Of a stretch of 45,808 bases of DNA, positions 9,960 through 17,697 are shown in pieces. Both the position numbers and the translations under genes were made by a program. Position 1 is the first letter of the stretch, and each line of letters opens with the position of its first letter. Origin of the DNA: a virus; the IMG/VR virus record IMGVR_UViG_3300045988_088177, positions 1-45,808 of that record; one strand, written 5' to 3'. The notes under the pieces were generated by a model that saw only the letters and a list, made by a program, of their open reading frames with translations, searched no databases and was not told where the DNA came from.

Positions 9960-10261
9960 TCGTTTTCCTCATCCTCGTCAGAAAGCAGGGTGTACACAGC
10001 CTCGGAGTACATTTCCGTCAGCACCTTCACAAGGCCGGACTTGTTGCCCATGCCATCGTAAATTTTGTTGATGGTAGCCACCTTGGTATTGGGATGGTTT
10101 GCGGCAAACGCACCAGAGAACAGCATGGGAATCATGGTAGCGGGCTTTTCGCTCAACTCGTTGATGGAAAAGCCAGCCTTTTCCATGGCAGAAACTGTAG
10201 ACCGGGTGAATTCCAGAACGTACTTCTTGCCGTTGTAGGGAATGGTGATTTTCTTAGCCAT
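9929..10261 (-). CDS. Tail assembly chaperone (gpG-like)
   Basis: 110 aa with an acidic C-terminus (SDEDEENEGNPGWEAVE). Lies between the major tail and tape measure genes. AGGAGGA RBS. Confidence 0.8.
   Translation of the reverse strand: MAKKITIPYNGKKYVLEFTRSTVSAMEKAGFSINELSEKPATMIPMLFSGAFAANHPNTKVATINKIYDGMGNKSGLVKVLTEMYSEAVYTLLSDEDEENEGNPGWEAVE
9953..9959 (-). promoter_or_regulatory. -1 programmed ribosomal frameshift slippery heptamer G GGA AAC
   Basis: Zero-frame codons are GAG GGA AAC CCC near the end of the gpG-like ORF, fitting the X XXY YYZ pattern. Confidence 0.75.
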
Positions 10262-10299
10262 TGCTAAATCCTCCTGTTATTTGTGTGGTTGAATTCTTA

Positions 10300-10734
10300 T
10301 CAGGTCTCGTCCAGCGTAATAGGCGTGGACGGGGCAATGGAGATGTTCAGGTCAACGACCTCGTTTACGCCGCCGCCAGTGGGGTAGCAGGTCAGCTGAC
10401 CGTCAAACTTGAACTTGCCGTCGCTGCCGGTGGGGGTCAGGGTGCTGCCCTCTTCCGTGCCGCCGAACCATACAGCCCAGCCTTCTGTCTTCCCGGCGTA
10501 CTCCAGCAGCTTCTTGTAGTCCGCCAAGGTGTAGTTGGCGGTGAATGCCAGGGCATCCATGGACTGGATACCGGCGATGTAGGTCTGCATCTTGTCGGAA
10601 AGCGTGGTGGTTTCCAGCATTTCCGGGTCGCCGCCCAGATCAGGGAATTCCTTGATGTCGATGACCTTTTCGTAGGTTTCCGCTACGCCGCTCTTCTTGT
10701 GCATAAGGAAAACCTTATAAGTAGAAATTGCCAA
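10300..10734 (-). CDS. Major tail protein
   Basis: 144 aa, TTG start after AGGAGGTAA. Sequence pattern (IAGIQSMDALAFTANYT) and position are typical of TP901-1/phi13-type major tail proteins. Confidence 0.75.
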   Translation of the reverse strand: MAISTYKVFLMHKKSGVAETYEKVIDIKEFPDLGGDPEMLETTTLSDKMQTYIAGIQSMDALAFTANYTLADYKKLLEYAGKTEGWAVWFGGTEEGSTLTPTGSDGKFKFDGQLTCYPTGGGVNEVVDLNISIAPSTPITLDET

Positions 10735-10740
10735 TATTCG

Positions 10741-11142
10741 TTACCTCCTATAAATATTTTTTCCGTCCGTTTCCGCCCTGTATCGGGCGTTCAATCGGTA
10801 AATGGTCCCGTTTTCCAGGTTGGGGATAGGGGATAGGGAAATGCGGGTGAAATTCCGTGCGTAGAGCATCTTGTCGATAAAACCCATGATCTCCCGGCAA
10901 ACAGACTTCTTGCTGCCCGACTTGTCGGAGTACACGTTGACCTCATACATCACCGTGGCGAACCGTTCTTCGTCGCCGCTGTCCAGATGGGCGGTGGTTG
11001 TGTAGTTATCCTGCTCGATGATGCTCACATACGGGAATTTGGAAGGGGCGTTCACATACTCGCCGCTGACGGTAACGCCATTGAACTGCTTTCGCAGCGC
11101 TTCAGCAATGGGGGTATAAACCTGTCTCTCAATGTCAATCAC
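10741..11142 (-). CDS. Tail terminator / tail completion protein
   Basis: 133 aa with a GTG start coupled to the upstream stop. Called from position in the head-tail joining block. Confidence 0.6.
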   Translation of the reverse strand: MIDIERQVYTPIAEALRKQFNGVTVSGEYVNAPSKFPYVSIIEQDNYTTTAHLDSGDEERFATVMYEVNVYSDKSGSKKSVCREIMGFIDKMLYARNFTRISLSPIPNLENGTIYRLNARYRAETDGKNIYRR

Positions 11143-11629
11143 CGGAAAACACCTCCCTTACGATTCTCGGAAGCTCCTGCTCTATCGCTTTTCTCGCCTC
11201 ATACATGGGCATTGCAGGAGGATTTCCGTAGGTGTGCATACCGCCCTTTTCCTTTGGCAGATACCAGCCTCTCGGGTCGTCCCAGTGGCCCTTCCCTTCC
11301 GGGTAGGTGCCAGGCCCCATGCCGTGTTGGCTGGCCTCCGGGTGCCCGGAGCCGTATGTCACGCCGGAACCGAACTCGATAAACAGCACGGATTCTCCGT
11401 CCGCTTTCACGGTATAGCCATTCGGGGCCGCCACGACGGACACGTTTGCGTCCTTCACCCCGGTGTATACCGCTCTCGAAAACCGTACAGAGGCAGTGGA
11501 TGCCCCAAGCATCGCCAGTCGCTCCGCCAGTTCCTTGGCTTTTCTCTGCTGCCAGGATTGGTATTTCTTCAGCTCCTTTTGCAGCTGACTGATGCCATCC
11601 ACCGACAGCGGGACAACGATTTTCTTCAC
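11135..11629 (-). CDS. HK97 gp10-like neck protein
   Basis: 164 aa with a GTGA-coupled start. Called from position and size in the connector block. Confidence 0.6.
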   Translation of the reverse strand: MKKIVVPLSVDGISQLQKELKKYQSWQQRKAKELAERLAMLGASTASVRFSRAVYTGVKDANVSVVAAPNGYTVKADGESVLFIEFGSGVTYGSGHPEASQHGMGPGTYPEGKGHWDDPRGWYLPKEKGGMHTYGNPPAMPMYEARKAIEQELPRIVREVFSGD

Positions 11630-12003
11630 GATACGCTCACCTTCGTCACGGCGTAAGAAATGGAATTCAGGGATTTCGCCACCCGTTTCACAATGTAGTC
11701 ATACAGGGGCCGCCCCTCCTCGCTGTATTCCGGTTCCTTGTCCAGAAATAGAACGGAGTGCTCGTCCATGGGGCAGGCCGTGTCATCGGTGACAATTACC
11801 TTGTCGTACCCGGACAGCGCCCCGAACTGCTCCACCTGGGAAGAACCGGTGGCCGCCGAAACATTGGCCCGGAAGGGAACGGCATCTCGGTAGACCACGG
11901 TTTCTTCTCCGGTCTCGTTGCCGTCCTCGTCCGTGACCGGCTCCTTCCGGTCGTAAAGCAGATAAAAGAATCCGACCTTGTTCCGCTCCATGGCCTTCAT
12001 CAC
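11626..12003 (-). CDS. Head closure / head-tail adaptor protein
   Basis: 125 aa, coupled start. Called from position. Confidence 0.6.
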   Translation of the reverse strand: MMKAMERNKVGFFYLLYDRKEPVTDEDGNETGEETVVYRDAVPFRANVSAATGSSQVEQFGALSGYDKVIVTDDTACPMDEHSVLFLDKEPEYSEEGRPLYDYIVKRVAKSLNSISYAVTKVSVS

Positions 12004-12311
12004 AGCACCCCCGCCATAGGGACGATTTGCTGCAGCAGGGTAGGGGGGACGTCCCCGTCCTCGTAGGAGCGGGAAATTCCGTTTTCGCTGTGGGCCGTTT
12101 CGCCCTCAGCCCCACGCTTGTTCAGCAAATACACAGCGATCTCCACCTGGGTAAACCCATACTGCTCCGGCACCTCCGTCACAGTAGGGTCGAAAGGGTA
12201 GGCTTTTCGGCAGATCTTGTTCCCGGCCATCCCCAGGTATGCAGAAACCGTGTTTTCATTGGTCTCTCCCGTCATGGCTTTCACCAGCTCGATCTTTTCC
12301 ACTTCCAGCAC
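12000..12311 (-). CDS. gp6-like head-tail connector protein
   Basis: 103 aa, GTG start after AAGGAGGTAA. The C-terminal ISRSYEDGDVPPTLLQQIVP pattern is typical of Phage_connect_1-type proteins. Confidence 0.7.
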   Translation of the reverse strand: MLEVEKIELVKAMTGETNENTVSAYLGMAGNKICRKAYPFDPTVTEVPEQYGFTQVEIAVYLLNKRGAEGETAHSENGISRSYEDGDVPPTLLQQIVPMAGVL

Positions 12312-12336
12312 GGTTCCTTACCTCCTTCCCGGCTTA

Positions 12337-13263
12337 TCAGGTGATTTCGAAGAAGCCCTCACTCTTGGGGTTGGTGGTGGGCTTGCCGACGATATAACCG
12401 GCGTCGGTCTGCTTGTAGTAGGTCTTTCCGCTCTGAACGGTTTCGTCCGTAGAAGCGGCAGCGGTACCCTTCTTGATAAGCACCGCCTTGGTAGCGTCAG
12501 TCAGAGCCACCAGGTAATACTTCCGGGAGTAGATTTCGTTCTCACGGGTGTTGGGCTCCCGCTTCTGCTCAATCTCGGTGCCCCGCTTGTTGAAGATGGT
12601 CACGGCCTCACGGGTAGCCACCACAACGGTGCCCTTGTCCGCATCCTTCTTGGTGTACACGCTGACACCGGCCACGGTGCCCACATAGCCGCTCCGGGCG
12701 AAAGCTTCCACGTACTTCAGTTCCTCGCCCAGGTTCTTCCGCAGCTCGGCGGTGTCTACGGGGTTGATGAACGCAAAAGCTCTGGGGGCCAGGTCTTCCG
12801 GTGCGTTGTCGGTGCTTTCAATGTTCAGGTTCGCCACAGCGTCCGCAAAAGCGGCGAAGTTGAACTTGGCGGCAGCGACGGCCATGGTGGCTTTCTTGAA
12901 CTCACCATAAACATCGCCGTTGACGGTGTTGAACATGTCGGTTCCCATGTGCCGGGTGCCCACAGGAACCAGCATGGGGTCGGTCATTTCCTGCTCGTCG
13001 TAGTACTTAAACCGGTTCTGAGCCATCTGGATTCTGTATTCCTGCTCGGTGTAGGAAACATCGATGCTCTTGCTGTTGCCAACGCCCATTGCCAGTTTCT
13101 CGGTGCCGTCGGTGGCTCTGTAGACGTGGATTTTGCGGAGCATACCCGCAGTGCCCACCAGGCTGTTGTCAACGGTACAGAACCGCTGCAAGTCCAGATG
13201 GGAATTGAACTGATCTTCTACCTCGTTGGACAGGTAGAAATTGTCGTAGATTGTATGTGCCAT
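12337..13263 (-). CDS. Major capsid protein
   Basis: 308 aa directly after the scaffold gene. Size and sequence are typical of HK97-fold capsid proteins of Gram-positive siphoviruses. Confidence 0.85.
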   Translation of the reverse strand: MAHTIYDNFYLSNEVEDQFNSHLDLQRFCTVDNSLVGTAGMLRKIHVYRATDGTEKLAMGVGNSKSIDVSYTEQEYRIQMAQNRFKYYDEQEMTDPMLVPVGTRHMGTDMFNTVNGDVYGEFKKATMAVAAAKFNFAAFADAVANLNIESTDNAPEDLAPRAFAFINPVDTAELRKNLGEELKYVEAFARSGYVGTVAGVSVYTKKDADKGTVVVATREAVTIFNKRGTEIEQKREPNTRENEIYSRKYYLVALTDATKAVLIKKGTAAASTDETVQSGKTYYKQTDAGYIVGKPTTNPKSEGFFEIT

Positions 13264-13266
13264 TCT

Positions 13267-13845
13267 TTATTCGTTACCTCCTGTTTCATAAAGTGCCCTG
13301 TATTCCTCCGGGTGTTCCTTGGAATACGCGAAGCGTTCGCTGGGGGACATTTTCCGGAACGTTTCTTTCGTCATCGCTCCGCCGGTGCCTCCGTCAGCGC
13401 CCCGTGGGGTTCCTTTCAGCTTCTCCGCAATGATTTTTTTTGCGTACCCTTCCAGGAACTTCTGGTTGTTGGCAAAAACCTTGCCCATGTCTCCGGATTC
13501 CATGGCAGCCGCTGTGGATGCCGCCAGAGCTTCGTCATAGCCCTGCTTCAAGAGCTGTGCTGTGTACTGGGAAACGGTCTTTTCCTTCCGCAGCCCGGCC
13601 AGCTCCTTTTCCATGTCGGCCCACTTTTCATCCGCTTCCTGCTTCTTCTGCTCCTCCTCGGAAAGAAGAGCGTTGTGCTTCTTCTTCCAGCTTGCAGCAT
13701 CGGAAGCCGCCTTGTCGTACAGGTCTTTCTTCACATAGCCGGAATAATCCGGGTCAGGAAAGTCAAAGCCCTGCAAGGCGGCGATTTTCTCCTCCGGGGT
13801 CATCTTGTCGAATCCGTCAATCTTGGAAATGTCGATTTTTGCCAT
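13267..13845 (-). CDS. Capsid scaffolding protein
   Basis: 192 aa, highly charged and helical (EEEQKKQEADEKWADMEKELAGLRKEK). Lies immediately upstream of the capsid gene. Confidence 0.8.
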   Translation of the reverse strand: MAKIDISKIDGFDKMTPEEKIAALQGFDFPDPDYSGYVKKDLYDKAASDAASWKKKHNALLSEEEQKKQEADEKWADMEKELAGLRKEKTVSQYTAQLLKQGYDEALAASTAAAMESGDMGKVFANNQKFLEGYAKKIIAEKLKGTPRGADGGTGGAMTKETFRKMSPSERFAYSKEHPEEYRALYETGGNE

Positions 13846-13921
13846 GGTGTTTACTTCCTTTCTGCGCTTAACAAGGCTGATCTCCCAGCACGATTTGCGG
13901 TTTGCGGCTTCTCTGCCGTTA

Positions 13922-13996
13922 TGGAGGGCTGTACAGGATTTGAACCTGTGACCTACGGATTAACAGTCCGTTGCTCTACCGCTGAGCTAACAACCC
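13922..13996 (-). tRNA. tRNA-Asn (anticodon GTT), CCA encoded
   Basis: RNA is GGGTTGT-TA-GCTC-AGCGGTA-GAGC-A-ACGGA-CTGTTAA-TCCGT-AGGTC-ACAGG-TTCAAAT-CCTGT-ACAGCCC-T-CCA. It folds into a full cloverleaf of 75 nt. Confidence 0.9.
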
Positions 13997-14081
13997 ATAT
14001 GGCCCTGGCTTACGGTGCCAGGGAACCGCTTTGCCCGTTTCCGGGTTTCATCGCCGATAGGGAGGCCATCGGCGATATATA

Positions 14082-14151
14082 TGGCGCGAGGCAGATTTGA
14101 ACGGCCTTCTGTGGGGGGGAGAGGTGAACCCCACTCGCTGTCTGCTGCGCC
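14082..14151 (-). other. Degenerate tRNA-like element (canonical T-loop, imperfect acceptor and T stems, no D-arm)
   Basis: RNA is GGCGCAG...GGCCG-TTCAAAT-CTGCC-TCGCGCC-A. The acceptor stem is 5 bp plus an A-C mismatch and a G-U pair. The T stem has one C-U mismatch. The only anticodon-like helix is GGGG/CCCC with a 9-nt loop. Confidence 0.3.
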
Positions 14152-14341
14152 AAATTTTAGTCTTCTATTCTTCATGTACTCGGCTTGTGGCCGAGTACAT
14201 GTTTTTGTGGGACGGGGCAAGCTACTTTGAGCTATCGTACGCTTATGTACACTTATCGTACAATGCTGTTCCTTCTCCTTCGCTTTGGCTGCCTTGCGCA
14301 TACAGCAGTTATCGGCGTGCTTGAATTGTCCAGCTCCCCGC

Positions 14342-14415
14342 TGGTTGCGGCAGAAAGAATCGAACTTCCATTACATGGGTCAAAACCATGTGCCTTACCT
14401 TTTGGCTATGCCGCA
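14342..14415 (-). tRNA. tRNA-Gln (anticodon TTG), CCA encoded
   Basis: RNA is TGCGGCA-TA-GCC-AAAAGGTAA-GGC-A-CATGG-TTTTGAC-CCATG-TAAT-GGAAG-TTCGATT-CTTTC-TGCCGCA-A-CCA. The U1-A72 pair and 3-bp D stem match bacterial tRNA-Gln. Confidence 0.9.
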
Positions 14416-14419
14416 GTGT

Positions 14420-14466
14420 AAAAAAGAAGGGCTTCCGACACCAATTTCAGGTATCGAAAGCCCTTC
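14420..14466 (-). terminator. Intrinsic terminator after the portal gene
   Basis: Minus RNA is GAAGGGCUUUCGA...UCGGAAGCCCUUC (13-bp stem with one G-U pair) followed by UUUUUU. tRNA-Gln starts 4 nt later. Confidence 0.8.
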
Positions 14467-14593
14467 GGCTGTAATCTCCCGCACTTCGGGAGCCGTCAAT
14501 TTTCAGTTTACCTTCTTCCGTCGAATCTCAATGACCACAAGCTGGCCCTGTTCGACTTTGATCTCCGCCTGGTTCCGGCGGTGGATGATTTCT

Positions 14594-16048
14594 TCAATCG
14601 CCCGAATTTCCTTGGTTGTCATTCGGATTGCCGATTTGGCTTCCGTTTCCATTGGCGTTCCCTCCGTTCTGTGCGGCCAGCTGCGCCGCTTTTTCTTCCT
14701 GCTCTTTCATGTAATCCATGCTCATGCGGTAAGCGAGCTGCGGGTCGCTGAACAATCCACAGTGGGTAAACGCCAATTCAGGGGCGATTTTCTCGCAAGC
14801 GAGCATCTGCGTTAGGACTGTTGCCTTTTGGGCAATGTTCTCGTAATTTCTACGGGTGAACCTAATTTCCAGAGCGGACAGCCGCAAGTTCAGATTGCCC
14901 ATGTCCCGGCAGATACGTAGCGTCAGCTTCAGGAACTCTTTTTCGGACTTCTTGAATACCGGTTCCGTGTCCTTCGCCCTGGCCTCCGCAGCAGACCAGC
15001 CGTCACGCATGATGACCGCCGTTCCAGTGTCAGATGTGGAGGTGCCGCCGTTCCGGTTTGGCATCCCGCAGATGGTCAACACGGTTTCATACATACTGTC
15101 CATCAGCGTCTGAGTCTGGGCCTGGTTCAGTTCGGAGTTCAGGTAGGATATCTCCGCTTTCATAGTAGCGTCAATGTCCTTGAACTTGATGCCGCCCAAC
15201 TCCTTCAATGCCTGGAACTTCTCTTCATCGATATCCACATTGTGAAACAGGATCAGGGACTGAATGAACTGCTCCACGCCGTCTACCCGGTTGCTCTCCG
15301 TCATGTTGATGGCATCCAGCAGCGGCACCACGATTTCAAAGGCCCCAAGCCTTGCCTGGTTCAGCGGGTATTCGATGATGGGAATGCCCAAAATCTGGTC
15401 TTCGCTGTGAATCACGTCCCAGGTGTTCCAGACCTCAAAATACCGGTCCTGCGTCCAGCAGGAGAACACAATGGTCTTGTCCTCCTTGATCACATACCGA
15501 ACCCCCATCATGGGCTTGTGCCCCAGCCCTACGGAGTACACCACAAAGGCATACCTTGGGTCAAGGGTGAAGATTTCAAAGGGGGCTTCGTCCTCCTCCA
15601 CATCCGCCATAGCGTCCGGCAGAACCATCCGATAGGCGGTGCCGCAAATGTGCATCCAGTCCGCCAGCTCTTTGTCCTGGGCCTGTTTGTCCTCGGAAAG
15701 CATGTAATCATTTAGCGTCAGCACCTCGGAAGCCGCCGCCTCGTCGTTACCCCGGCTCACATACTGGATGGGTTCGCCCACCAGATAGCCGGTCTTGAAG
15801 GAGACAATCTCGTTCGCCCGGTTCTCCACGATCATGTTGTTGATTTCCGGTCGGACTTCCTTCTTCCGCCCCAAAATCGGCTGGTCGCCCCGGTAGTACT
15901 TGTACAGGTAGTCAATTTCCGACTGATTTTGCAGGTGCGTAAACAGCGCCTTTTGCAGCACATCAATGATATTGCCCTCGTTGATTTCGGTCACTTCGGT
16001 ATAAATCACCCGCCGCCCGAATAACTTCCTGCTCGCCGTTTTCCGCAC
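14594..16048 (-). CDS. Portal protein (SPP1 gp6-like)
   Basis: 484 aa. N-terminal pattern (YLYKYYRGDQPILGRKKEVRPEINNMIVENRANEIVSFKTGY) is typical of SPP1-type portals. The exact start is uncertain because the GTG at 16048 abuts the G-run RBS. Confidence 0.9.
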   Translation of the reverse strand: MRKTASRKLFGRRVIYTEVTEINEGNIIDVLQKALFTHLQNQSEIDYLYKYYRGDQPILGRKKEVRPEINNMIVENRANEIVSFKTGYLVGEPIQYVSRGNDEAAASEVLTLNDYMLSEDKQAQDKELADWMHICGTAYRMVLPDAMADVEEDEAPFEIFTLDPRYAFVVYSVGLGHKPMMGVRYVIKEDKTIVFSCWTQDRYFEVWNTWDVIHSEDQILGIPIIEYPLNQARLGAFEIVVPLLDAINMTESNRVDGVEQFIQSLILFHNVDIDEEKFQALKELGGIKFKDIDATMKAEISYLNSELNQAQTQTLMDSMYETVLTICGMPNRNGGTSTSDTGTAVIMRDGWSAAEARAKDTEPVFKKSEKEFLKLTLRICRDMGNLNLRLSALEIRFTRRNYENIAQKATVLTQMLACEKIAPELAFTHCGLFSDPQLAYRMSMDYMKEQEEKAAQLAAQNGGNANGNGSQIGNPNDNQGNSGD

Positions 16049-16071
16049 CCCCTTATATGTTCTCTCGTATC

Positions 16072-16101
16072 ATTGTATCATAAGTAGCGAATGGTTGTAA
16101 A
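16072..16101 (-). promoter_or_regulatory. Sigma-70-type promoter upstream of portal
   Basis: On the minus strand: TTTACA (16101..16096), an 18-nt spacer, then TGaTACAAT extended -10 (16080..16072). The -35 lies inside a 23-nt element repeated at 17589..17611. Confidence 0.65.
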
Positions 16102-16131
16102 GTAAATTTATGTTCACTATAGCATTCGCTA

Positions 16132-16179
16132 CTAAAAGCACAAAGCGCATCGGGTGTAGTTCCCAACACCCAAATGCGC
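16132..16179 (-). terminator. Intrinsic terminator closing the antirepressor module
   Basis: Minus RNA is GCGCAUUUGGGUGU-UGGGAACU-ACACCCGAUGCGC followed by UUUGUGCUUUUAG. Confidence 0.75.
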
Positions 16180-16199
16180 TCACATTAAATATTCATTTT

Positions 16200-16412
16200 T
16201 TATCCTTTTCCAAGGAGGCTTGCCATTTCCTCCATTTTGGAGGAAATGAGGGCAAGTACATTCGTATATTGATTCACTCGTTTGCTGTTGATAACCAGCC
16301 TGTCTTCTTCCGTGTCGCAGTCCGCACACATCATATCCGACAACATTTCAACGGTGGACTGTGCCATTTTGGCATCCAGCCACAGCTTGTTAGAGGTGTG
16401 AACGTCAATCAT
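16200..16412 (-). CDS. Hypothetical small protein (last gene of the antirepressor module)
   Basis: 70-aa ORF whose start overlaps the upstream stop (ATGA). No motif recognised. Confidence 0.55.
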   Translation of the reverse strand: MIDVHTSNKLWLDAKMAQSTVEMLSDMMCADCDTEEDRLVINSKRVNQYTNVLALISSKMEEMASLLGKG

Positions 16413-17182
16413 GCCTTTTCCCCCTCCCGCAGAAACTTATTCAGGAAGTAGGTCTGTCCTTTTCCTGTGACCTTTGGCGTTTTGCTCAAAGAGGTATGCC
16501 CGTCGCTGTGGCTTACAACTGTCTCCTTGACCCGGAACAGGCCAAGCTCCATGCTGACCTGGGTAGGCATATTGTAGTCTGTTCCTGCCCGCTTGATTAA
16601 GTACCCGTTGTCCCGCATCCACTGGAACAGCCGCTTTTCTCCCATGTCCACGCCGTTCTGCTTGAGAATCTTCGCAAGCTCTCCCACAAGGACGGTACTC
16701 TTGGAAGCGGCCACACTGTCCGCAAACAGAACTTTGGGTGCATCGGCCTGGACTTTGGATTCCAGGGCTTTCCGCTTGTCCGTTTCCTCTTTCAGAGCGG
16801 TTGCCACTTTCAGCAGATAATCCGGGTTCAGAATCGCCGCTTCCAGCGTTTCCGGGGTCATGTACGCTCCGTGCTTGCGGATGGAGGGGAGAACCTCAGA
16901 AGTGACCCACTTGCGGAACGGCTTGGCTTCTGGTTTGTCGGAGCGAAGAATGACAGTGTAAAGACCGCTTTCACTGATGATTGTCATATCCTGTGCGCCT
17001 CCAAGGGTGTCCACCTTGACCGACCCCCTTTCATCAGGGTCAAGCCGTTCTGCTGTATCTCTGTATTTTCTGATTCCCAGAACACTGCACACATCTTTCA
17101 GCACAAACCACGGTTCGCCGGATTTCTGTACGGTACGGACGGAGTTTTCGTTGTAGTTGAATACCTGTAAATTGTTTTCCAT
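16409..17182 (-). CDS. Antirepressor (Bro-N domain plus KilAC/ANT-type C-terminal domain)
   Basis: ATG at 17182 follows AAGGAGGA. The N-terminus (FNYNENSVRTVQKSGEPWFVLKDVCSVLG...FRKWVTSEVLPSIRKHGAY) is Bro-N-like. The C-terminus (LFADSVAASKSTVLVGELAKILKQNGVDMGEKRLFQWMRDNGYL) is KilAC-like. Confidence 0.85.
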   Translation of the reverse strand: MENNLQVFNYNENSVRTVQKSGEPWFVLKDVCSVLGIRKYRDTAERLDPDERGSVKVDTLGGAQDMTIISESGLYTVILRSDKPEAKPFRKWVTSEVLPSIRKHGAYMTPETLEAAILNPDYLLKVATALKEETDKRKALESKVQADAPKVLFADSVAASKSTVLVGELAKILKQNGVDMGEKRLFQWMRDNGYLIKRAGTDYNMPTQVSMELGLFRVKETVVSHSDGHTSLSKTPKVTGKGQTYFLNKFLREGEKA

Positions 17183-17294
17183 AATTTTCCTCCTTGATTT
17201 CTGCCCGGAGGAATGGTAAAATGTATATACCATCCCTCTGGGATTGGTTTTTGGGTGGAGTGTCCACAACTTCTTGGCGGGAGAGTGGGCACTC

Positions 17295-17543
17295 TTACTT
17301 CATTTCGGAATCACCGAACATCTGCTGCTGAATCTGTTCCAGCACGGTTCGTACCTGAACCAACTGCTCACGGCTGACTGCGTTTTCTGCCATGAACTCC
17401 TGCTTCCCGGAATTGCGGTCAAGGTCATCAGAAATCAGCTTCGTGATATAGCCCTTGTAGGTCAAGTCCAGGTTTGCAATCCGTCTGCGGACAAACTTAT
17501 ACAGCTTTTCGTCCACCCGAACGGAAATGGTCTTATCTGCCAT
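17295..17543 (-). CDS. Ribbon-helix-helix DNA-binding protein (Arc/CopG-like)
   Basis: The N-terminus MADKTISVRVDEKLYKFVRRRI is a typical RHH beta-strand plus helix. It is the first gene of the antirepressor operon. Confidence 0.7.
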   Translation of the reverse strand: MADKTISVRVDEKLYKFVRRRIANLDLTYKGYITKLISDDLDRNSGKQEFMAENAVSREQLVQVRTVLEQIQQQMFGDSEMK

Positions 17544-17566
17544 TTTCTTTCCTCCTTTCTGCCACT

Positions 17567-17595
17567 ATTTTATCAAAAAAGACCGCTTTTGTAAA
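17567..17595 (-). promoter_or_regulatory. Sigma-70-type promoter of the RHH-antirepressor operon
   Basis: On the minus strand: TTTACA (17595..17590), a 17-nt spacer, then TAAAAT (17572..17567). The -35 lies inside the 23-nt element shared with the portal promoter. Confidence 0.65.
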
Positions 17596-17697
17596 GTAAA
17601 TTTAAGTTCACGATTCACCGCCCTTTGCAAGCCAGAAGAAACGATTGAGATATTACCGTTTCTTCTGGCTTTTCCGTGTTTTGCAGGAGTCCAATGT

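Noticed and set aside
12217-14100. Longest plus-strand ORF in the window (627 aa).
   Set aside because: It is antisense to the well-supported capsid and scaffold genes and runs through tRNA-Asn. The translation is low-complexity (G/V/L/H-rich) with no RBS. It is a shadow ORF of a GC-biased coding strand.
13987-14301. 104-aa minus-strand ORF across the tRNA spacer.
   Set aside because: It has no RBS, reads through three perfect hairpins and the tRNA-like element, and ends inside tRNA-Asn. Treated as non-coding structured RNA/DNA.
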